Part shown: piece by piece, positions 58,201 through 64,000 of the stretch | Layout: each line of letters starts with the position of its first letter | How positions within the stretch are numbered: position 1 is the stretch's first letter | From: Candidatus Omnitrophota bacterium | GTDB taxonomy: Bacteria > Omnitrophota > Gorgyraeia > 1-14-0-20-64-10 | DNA: 64,000 nucleotides | Assembly: GCA_023248155.1 (NCBI GenBank) | Contig: JAHFFE010000002.1 | Location: 42,263 to 106,262, forward strand | Direction: 5' to 3' | Made by a program: the position numbers and the translations under genes | Notes under the pieces: model-generated | Told to the model about the DNA's origin: nothing | Database searches by the model: none | The model's input: the letters and a program-made list of their open reading frames with translations, nothing else

Positions 58201-61200
58201 GCTGGTGGAGCGGTGCTCGCGGAAGGGGGTGTGGAGCATTGGCTCGACGTCGGGGACCGATCCCAGCTTTTTCGATCTTTGATGGCCAGCGGGCAGGACG
58301 ATTGGCTGCTGCGCCGGCAGGTGGCTTCTTATTGGACGGGAATTTACAGCGAAATAATTAACTCCATGCTTATGAACAATTTCGAGCGCGACCTGCGCTA
58401 TTGGGACGACGCAGACGAAATCGAGGACTGGAGCGGCAGGAGTCCGTCTATCTCTGTGAACCGTGTCAGCCCGTTTGAGCTGGCCATGGACCGGATTTAT
58501 ATGTTGGGGGATCCCGAACGCTACGCCATGCTTCGAAAGCTGCTGGCGGATGAGGATGGTATTTTGCGCAGGGCCCGCCATGACCTGTTGGATGCTTTCC
58601 TGAACCAGCACCTGGATTCCAGCGGAGAGGAGCGGGCGGCTGAAGTGGTTTCTGAGGTGCTGGGGACAGTTCTCAAGATCATGCCCGAAGACGATCTGTT
58701 TTTGCTGGTTGCCCCGTTGTTGATGGATCGGATTGGCAACCCGCCGGAATCTCCCGCGGAACCGGCTGAAGCAAGCGTGGAGACGGAAGATTGGAGCCGG
58801 CGGATTGCGCTGCGACTGGCAAGGAGTGCCGGGCTTAGGAAGGGTCAGCGCCAGAATTTTGTGGAGACGATGGCGCCGGCGCTTGAAAGAAAGTTTTCCT
58901 GGTTCTTGCGGGGACACGGTCCGGATGTGACGCCCGACCCTGGAGCGGAGCGGGATCTTTTCTCGGTGGTTCCGCCGGAGTTTTACCAGAACAGAACGCA
59001 TCCGATGAGTCCGCTGGAGATGACTCTCGAGACGGCCCGCCAGCTGGGAGCGCCGGGGGTGCGGTTCCTTCAGTTGGTGGGGCAGACGGTCCGGCTTCCT
59101 GAAGATTACCGGAAGCAATTTCTGACCGTTTACGACAATGTAGAGGGGCAGTCTTTGCTGTCCGTCGCCGAAACGATCCGGAATCTTCTTCCAGAGTATG
59201 CCGGGCGGATTCAGCGGTTTGTGCGCCGTCTTGGAGGAGGCTCGATCTACACGGTATGGGAAGTAGAGGTCGTGGCCACCGAGGAGGAATATCCGGGCCG
59301 CGCCGGGGAGCTGGTCCGTGAGGCGGTGCGGGTTGTCAATCCGAACGCGCTGTATCGCTCGCGCAAATCGGTGCAGGTGATCCGGGACGCGCTGACCCAG
59401 CTGGCTCAAGAACAGCCGCAATCCGGCTATGCGCTGGCGCTTCCCATGGTGGATCTTCTGGAGGAGTGGATCGCGAAAGAGCTGGAGGACACTTCTTTTG
59501 AAGCCGATGATCAAGAGTTCCGGAGCCGCTGGAACGGCTGGGCCCCCGAAGGATTCCAGAAAACGGTAGTGGTCCCGCGAACCCTGCCCACTGGCATTCC
59601 GGAGATCCGACGGGCGGAGTTCCTGCCCGGGGAGAGCTTCACGTCCCTGGATTCGCTGGAGAACGCAGAACAGAGAGAGCTGGTTGCGTTGGCCAGTCAT
59701 TTTTATTTTCAACAGGTGGTGGATTCGGTTCAGCAAGTTTTGTCCGGGCAGAGAGAGGAGACCCTGATCCTCTCCGATATTTCTGTTGGGAATTTTCTGA
59801 GGACTTCCGAGGGACATCTGGGGGATCTGGACCGAGGGATGTTCTTGAAGTTTAATCGGACGGAGGCCGGGGTTCTCATGAATTTCAGCTTTGCCGCCAC
59901 GGTCCAACAACGGGCCGAGGTGTTGATCTCGCATCTCTGGACGCTGGACCTGAACCAGGCATCCTCCGAAGACCTTGCCCAGCGGGGGGTGAGCCCGGCC
60001 TCCATGGCGGCGGAGATTGCGGGCGGATTGGACCCTGTCGGCTCCATGGAGAAAACGGCTTTGGATGTAATTTTGGGCATTCAAAACCGTGGGTTGCGTG
60101 TTCCATTGCAGTTCCAGTTATTGTTCAAGAATTTCAATGCTTTAAGAGAGATCGCTGACGGGGAGATGAGCCCGCAGGCCCGTTTCGGTTCTTTGGAAGC
60201 GGCTCTGCAGTATCTCCCCACCGCTGGCCAGGAAGAAAACGGAACTGATCAGCTGGTGAATGGTGCGCGCGGCCAGCTGATTCTTTACCATCGGTTTAGA
60301 GCCGCCGCTACCACCTCGGAAGCGCTTAAACAATATGGTTTATACGAAGCAGCTAGGATCAAACCCCGGTTAGAAAAAATTCTTTCTTCCGCTGCGCTAG
60401 GAGGACTTAAGTATGCGGTCATTAATTTAATGGAACATGGAAATGGCGGCGACCTGGAAATTTTCTTAACCCAGCCCGATGCCGACGGCATCTCTCGCGT
60501 GACGGTCCGTCTGGCCGATGATGGCCCCGGGATTGCGGATCCTCGTGAATTGCTGGCACGAAGCATCGAGGCGCATTCCGGCGTGCGGGCAAGTCGGTAT
60601 GAAGAACCGCGCGGATACGGCTGGAAAAATATCGCCGCCCCGTCCGCTGAAATGACAGTCGAGTCGGGCCATGTGAAATGGCGACTTTTCAAAGAGGCAA
60701 ATAATCTTCGTTTTAAATTGGACGAGGAACCCTCCGATGTGAGTAAAGGCACTGTGATTACTGTGGTTTACGAATCCACCGCTGCCGGGCAGGAAGAAAC
60801 AACATGGAAGGGGCCGACCGATCCGGTTGATGCGGTAACCCGGTTGGTGAACGCATTGATCGCGCAGGGATATAAAGGAGAACAGAGGCTTACTTTAGAC
60901 CGGACATCAACACTGCTCAAGCGATCGCCAACACAGCAAGCGCTTTCTTTGAATCCGGGGCTGGTTGCCGAGATGAACAGCCTCTTGAAAAGAGTGGCTG
61001 CAGTAAAAGAACCACGGATGAAATTATTGAAACCGGTTTGGACAAAGTTCCACGGATCAGAATTAGCAGTCGTCATTATTCAAAAAGGACCCGTTCCGGT
61101 TCGCACCGATCCCGTTGAAGTGGTATCCCGCTTGGTGGATGCATTGATTGCGCAGCAGGCCAGCGGAGAACGGCAGCTTGCTTTAAAACAGACAGTACGG

Positions 61201-64000
61201 CTTTTGAATGGGGTACCCAGCCAAGCGACTCTGTCCAGGAATTCAAAGGTTCTCACTCGTATAAATGAACTGTTAGAAATTGTGGCAGCGGATGAACAAC
61301 CTTCCGAGCCGCAGTTGATACCGGCTTGGGAGAAGTTCCATGCATCGCGGCTGAAATCGGTGGTCATCGCGAAAGAAGTGCGCACTGCCGGCCAGGAGGA
61401 GAGTATCTGGGAGGATATTTCGCAGGCATTTGGAATTTCAAAGGATTCGCTTCTGGAGCGCTTATCGGAGCGGGATAGAAATCAGCTAAGAAGGGCAACC
61501 GATATCACTGCTCCTAAAATGATTGTTCTTTACGCGCGGATTTTTGGTGTATCGATCCCGGCGCTTCAGCAAACGCAGCTGGCGCAAAGAATCGTAGCCG
61601 CTCGAATTGTTACAGAAAAGCCCATGCCGGCAAGAGTTCGGAGGGCCTACGACTCTTTGGAGCGAAGCCTGCTTGATTCCGATATTGATAGCGGAGTCCG
61701 GCAAATGGCGCAGAATGTCCGCGAAGAATTGGCAGAACTCTCTTCGGAAGATCCAGCCGTCCGGACGCTGAGGCAGCTGGTTCAGCCGAAGGATTATTCA
61801 CAACAGCAGGAAACTATTTTGGAAAGAGCGGCTCGATGGGTGGCGGGGGCTCTGGACCCTGAATCTCAGAATATAGATGAAACCGTCGCCGATCTTCGGG
61901 CCATTACGTCATCTCACTCCATAGAACAGATGGCCAAAGTCCTTAAGGCGGATCAGGCGTTCTCATTGGGTGAGCCCTGGCGGCTGAAGGCTCTGTTGAG
62001 AAGCCTGCTTCAAACAGACAGCTTCTTTTTTCCGGCTCGGTTTTCAGGCGGCAGAATAGTTCCCCTGCTGGTTGTTGTTGATTCCGACAGTGCGTATCCA
62101 TTGCCGCGGTTTGCCGGCAATGCCGCCCATGAATACGCCCATGCTCTGTTGATCCGCCGTCCGTTTTGGAAGGAACAGGTCACGGGAACTTCGATGGCGG
62201 ATTGGATTACCCAAGCCGTAGAATTACTTGCTGCGGATCGAATCGCTTTGGAAAACAGCGAGAATCCGGACCCCTATTTGTCTGTCTTGTATCGTGAGGG
62301 AGAGCGACTTGCCTTGCAGGGGTCTTCCTCGGAATGGGAGTCAATGCTGAGAGAATTAGATCAATTCCCTGATTCAAAGCGCTGGTACTTGCAAGGTGTT
62401 TTCATTGGCGGGTTGGCCAAAGGACTTGGAAAGCGGGCGGCCGATCAAACAGCGCGGTCGGCGGAACCGTTCGCAGCGCATGAACTGGGACTCCGTTTTA
62501 TTTCCTCTTTGGCGGATGCGATTGCTGAATCCGGCGGGCGTTCTCCGATCGAGGTCTTGATTAAAACGGCACAAGGTTTCCCGGAGATCGCTCCCGCCGG
62601 CCAGGAAGAGCGACAAGTTCTTCGATTCTATCCGGACCAGGGCGGAGCAAAAATAATTGCAGAACAAGGAACAAGTTGGACACCACTCTCCCCGGTTTCT
62701 CCTCAACGATTGATTTTACCCAACGATCCAGGCTGGCGTCTTGCCGTCGAAGAGCCCCGGCTTCGACAGCTGGCGGAATTTCTGTTCCAGCAATTCCAAA
62801 CTAATATTGCCCAGGGATATCCGCTTCAAACGGGGGATAGAAATATCGTAGAAGCCATTCGAGCTGTTTATCCCATTCCTGGTTTAGAACCATACGAAGG
62901 AATGCTTACTCAGAGTAATTTCATGAATCTGATTGATCTGCTGGACAGAGGGCTGTTTCTTCGGGCTGGCGCGTCCATTCAATTATTCGCAGGCGGAAAG
63001 ATTGCTGCTTACATTACGCTGGATCTTCCGTGGCAAGAAATTTCATATCTGGGCGGGCGTGCCAGCACGTGGCTTGTCTCCACGAAACTTCAAATCGATC
63101 AAAGAGATCCGTACTCGTTCATTTACGGGTCTAGCTTCATGAACCTGAGCCTGTACGATCCCGCGGTTGGCCAGCAAGCGATGGAGTTCCAGTATCAGGA
63201 ATTTTTATCTAAGGGAAAAAGCCGAGGTGTTCCACCGGCGGCTCTCCAGCTGATGCAGCAGCTTCATGACCGTGATCCGGTAATATATCAGCGGTTATTT
63301 GGTGTTGACAGCTCGAAACAAGAGGAAATTAACCACGCGCGTGATTTTGTCTGGGCTGCCTATTTCTATCCGATTGTTGTTGACGCTAAAGAAGGGGCGA
63401 CGCAGCCCTTTGTCGCGGAAGCGGTCATTCGACCCGATTCCTTTTTGGACCGGACGGTCTGGAATCGTTCCAAGCGAAGAGCTTCAGACCTTGTATTCTC
63501 TGCTCGAAATATTGTAGAACTCTCCGGGCAGACGCAGGGATTGGTCGATACACTGCAGGCATTAAGAGATAATCAGGGGGAAGATTGGGCGTACGGTTAT
63601 TTCTGGCTCTATCTGTTCCAAAAAACGGAGGAAAGGTTGCATCGGCCCGGAACGGTTGCCGCGGGGCATGATCGGACAGCGGCAGAATCAGTTTTTGATT
63701 TTTTGAAGGGGGAAGGGTTCGCCGATCTTCAGCAGATAGAAGATCATCTGCGGATGGTGCCCAACGCTCACGGATCCAGAGCGCTGGGAATTGCCCAACG
63801 GCTCCATGATGAAAATTTTCTGACCGAAGCCGAACGCGTCGCTATTCTGGAAAAAAGTGAACGAGGAGAACTGGTTTCCCTGGGTGTTCGCCAGACCGCC
63901 GCCGGCCAGGAAGAAAATGCAGTGCAAGCAATTACCGCCGACGAAATCCGCGCGCGGTTTGCCGATATTTCGGTGCAGGATGGGGAAACCGGATATTTGG
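55255..64000 (+). CDS. Giant modular exported protein, 5' part (>=2915 aa), AGQEE-delimited
   Basis: Signal peptide (...LLIISMVLTIPHAYA-D). No stop in the parts I translated, and absence from the ORF track fits an ORF open to the edge. Contains M48-like, ABC1-like, GHKL and zincin motifs. Confidence 0.93.
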   Translation, partial: MKHQSSHPMGPRTPFLFGRFLSALLIISMVLTIPHAYADTLRVSNAGQEENPVRTLLETELSADQKADAETSLSIKQAVSEEDEDENEFEWRMPLPKQAGDFELNEGFLSDDHPAVRVVSERLNALLPDLKPDERPQLRVLASRGQGIQALMFEDGTLVVSPELVDVVEYEEELDFVLLHEINHWHRKHIKQTERLLESGGILTAVVRSLGLDRYQEYESDMAAFWGLLDRRRSGLGAVIFMERLEKERLEKKRIMVDWDLAHGTMRDRILNMKSLIPLVHMQYLDAPLHPMDPSVRQSLSSLPIEGLMDRLMRIPSRQSGVQEKHLEALEPEIRALSPELRLQFIGYAVGLMDQAFAHALTEMELRVINLDSERNAAGDVIWSKEELRRLSEVSGRVNYAPRAIPRFLHLWNETVSGMLSGVSPEVAIFLNQLLYKLNMEGRLYNILEDQTFEGLKEVLLSETDAERESVDEELLQIKNHLLAQRESYLSVLELPKLENALEVLENPVSRAEWVDRLGRMSRMGAGINAGLSFMVEQISSTMAQRPGRDFLSETGELLAAFRDLMSRSEVLRQETVVRHMNRVWTQLFMRQAALLHTEAAGLEEGFHKTVAEVARRHGFQEDVTGIREELRVHPEMKPWVGKYFDAFTQQESLFRRLDQIEEDLSKIDVKDRKAASAPYQILLLEAANLLNGVPEIVPVEGELRKRIDRAEFKIRYLNRVVGLRVNYRDFTLWGPEQALLPDPISMDDLRFLVGWWASVAEDSREYQEGVKLLSQKEQWMDHWKKVARVEEVNALADTLTSPSEAAQSIGTVIHSGLAGSQIHSEEIRKVFYDLAQEVLERDMAQAKSEEVFFGLLDGYAQRWPVRPNAEVVRKGVQFLNASKSTDQPLIWQRRLLLSFFASDPLIRRQLGEYSVLQIVQSERVSFDDAYALLFERYKPQGTAGGLRALRALLDRAHTYPELDRLKEAGADFLKFLQSSLLAGGAVLAEGGVEHWLDVGDRSQLFRSLMASGQDDWLLRRQVASYWTGIYSEIINSMLMNNFERDLRYWDDADEIEDWSGRSPSISVNRVSPFELAMDRIYMLGDPERYAMLRKLLADEDGILRRARHDLLDAFLNQHLDSSGEERAAEVVSEVLGTVLKIMPEDDLFLLVAPLLMDRIGNPPESPAEPAEASVETEDWSRRIALRLARSAGLRKGQRQNFVETMAPALERKFSWFLRGHGPDVTPDPGAERDLFSVVPPEFYQNRTHPMSPLEMTLETARQLGAPGVRFLQLVGQTVRLPEDYRKQFLTVYDNVEGQSLLSVAETIRNLLPEYAGRIQRFVRRLGGGSIYTVWEVEVVATEEEYPGRAGELVREAVRVVNPNALYRSRKSVQVIRDALTQLAQEQPQSGYALALPMVDLLEEWIAKELEDTSFEADDQEFRSRWNGWAPEGFQKTVVVPRTLPTGIPEIRRAEFLPGESFTSLDSLENAEQRELVALASHFYFQQVVDSVQQVLSGQREETLILSDISVGNFLRTSEGHLGDLDRGMFLKFNRTEAGVLMNFSFAATVQQRAEVLISHLWTLDLNQASSEDLAQRGVSPASMAAEIAGGLDPVGSMEKTALDVILGIQNRGLRVPLQFQLLFKNFNALREIADGEMSPQARFGSLEAALQYLPTAGQEENGTDQLVNGARGQLILYHRFRAAATTSEALKQYGLYEAARIKPRLEKILSSAALGGLKYAVINLMEHGNGGDLEIFLTQPDADGISRVTVRLADDGPGIADPRELLARSIEAHSGVRASRYEEPRGYGWKNIAAPSAEMTVESGHVKWRLFKEANNLRFKLDEEPSDVSKGTVITVVYESTAAGQEETTWKGPTDPVDAVTRLVNALIAQGYKGEQRLTLDRTSTLLKRSPTQQALSLNPGLVAEMNSLLKRVAAVKEPRMKLLKPVWTKFHGSELAVVIIQKGPVPVRTDPVEVVSRLVDALIAQQASGERQLALKQTVRLLNGVPSQATLSRNSKVLTRINELLEIVAADEQPSEPQLIPAWEKFHASRLKSVVIAKEVRTAGQEESIWEDISQAFGISKDSLLERLSERDRNQLRRATDITAPKMIVLYARIFGVSIPALQQTQLAQRIVAARIVTEKPMPARVRRAYDSLERSLLDSDIDSGVRQMAQNVREELAELSSEDPAVRTLRQLVQPKDYSQQQETILERAARWVAGALDPESQNIDETVADLRAITSSHSIEQMAKVLKADQAFSLGEPWRLKALLRSLLQTDSFFFPARFSGGRIVPLLVVVDSDSAYPLPRFAGNAAHEYAHALLIRRPFWKEQVTGTSMADWITQAVELLAADRIALENSENPDPYLSVLYREGERLALQGSSSEWESMLRELDQFPDSKRWYLQGVFIGGLAKGLGKRAADQTARSAEPFAAHELGLRFISSLADAIAESGGRSPIEVLIKTAQGFPEIAPAGQEERQVLRFYPDQGGAKIIAEQGTSWTPLSPVSPQRLILPNDPGWRLAVEEPRLRQLAEFLFQQFQTNIAQGYPLQTGDRNIVEAIRAVYPIPGLEPYEGMLTQSNFMNLIDLLDRGLFLRAGASIQLFAGGKIAAYITLDLPWQEISYLGGRASTWLVSTKLQIDQRDPYSFIYGSSFMNLSLYDPAVGQQAMEFQYQEFLSKGKSRGVPPAALQLMQQLHDRDPVIYQRLFGVDSSKQEEINHARDFVWAAYFYPIVVDAKEGATQPFVAEAVIRPDSFLDRTVWNRSKRRASDLVFSARNIVELSGQTQGLVDTLQALRDNQGEDWAYGYFWLYLFQKTEERLHRPGTVAAGHDRTAAESVFDFLKGEGFADLQQIEDHLRMVPNAHGSRALGIAQRLHDENFLTEAERVAILEKSERGELVSLGVRQTAAGQEENAVQAITADEIRARFADISVQDGETGYL
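55390..63915 (+). repeat. Dispersed in-frame AGQEE motif, 6 copies
   Basis: Copies start at 55390, 60223, 60784, 61387, 62596 and 63901. Confidence 0.92.

Noticed and set aside
58018-60084. 688-aa minus-strand ORF
   Set aside because: Antisense shadow of the giant + strand gene, which carries the recognisable motifs; the translation has no domain features.
55390-63915. AGQEE 15-mers as a CRISPR array or integron attC sites
   Set aside because: Too short, non-palindromic, spaced 0.56-4.8 kb apart, variation is synonymous only, and no cas or integrase gene is present.
55435-63927. Apparent gene desert of short ORFs suggesting pseudogenes or an island
   Set aside because: Explained by a single stop-free + frame from 55255 that the track omits.

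Overview
GC-rich bacterial chromosomal window; gene style and the giant gene suggest Candidatus Omnitrophota (inference). It holds a partial metH, a peptidoglycan-peptide recycling cluster, housekeeping genes (greA, lemA, thiolase, desaturase, nrdJ with NrdR boxes, accA, cobO, leuS, tRNA-Leu/Ala), a type IV pilus-like operon interleaved with two-component genes, a degenerate PilZ-PilT fusion, and an ECF sigma/anti-sigma locus. That locus carries a lipoprotein CxACGMG precursor plus DUF692 (MNIO) RiPP cassette flanked by a duplicated promoter+RBS. The most striking feature is missing from the ORF track: a >=2915-codon ORF from 55255 running off the window end. It has a signal peptide and unrelated modules (M48-like peptidase plus ABC1-like kinase, GHKL ATPase, a tandem repeat, further zincin-like modules), each separated by the pentapeptide AGQEE (6 copies, synonymously diverged), suggesting a secreted polyprotein or cassette array. 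Also present: a leader-peptide attenuator, small ORFs the track missed, and many palindromic REP/MITE-like elements, some in frame inside genes. All product calls come from motif recognition, not database searches.
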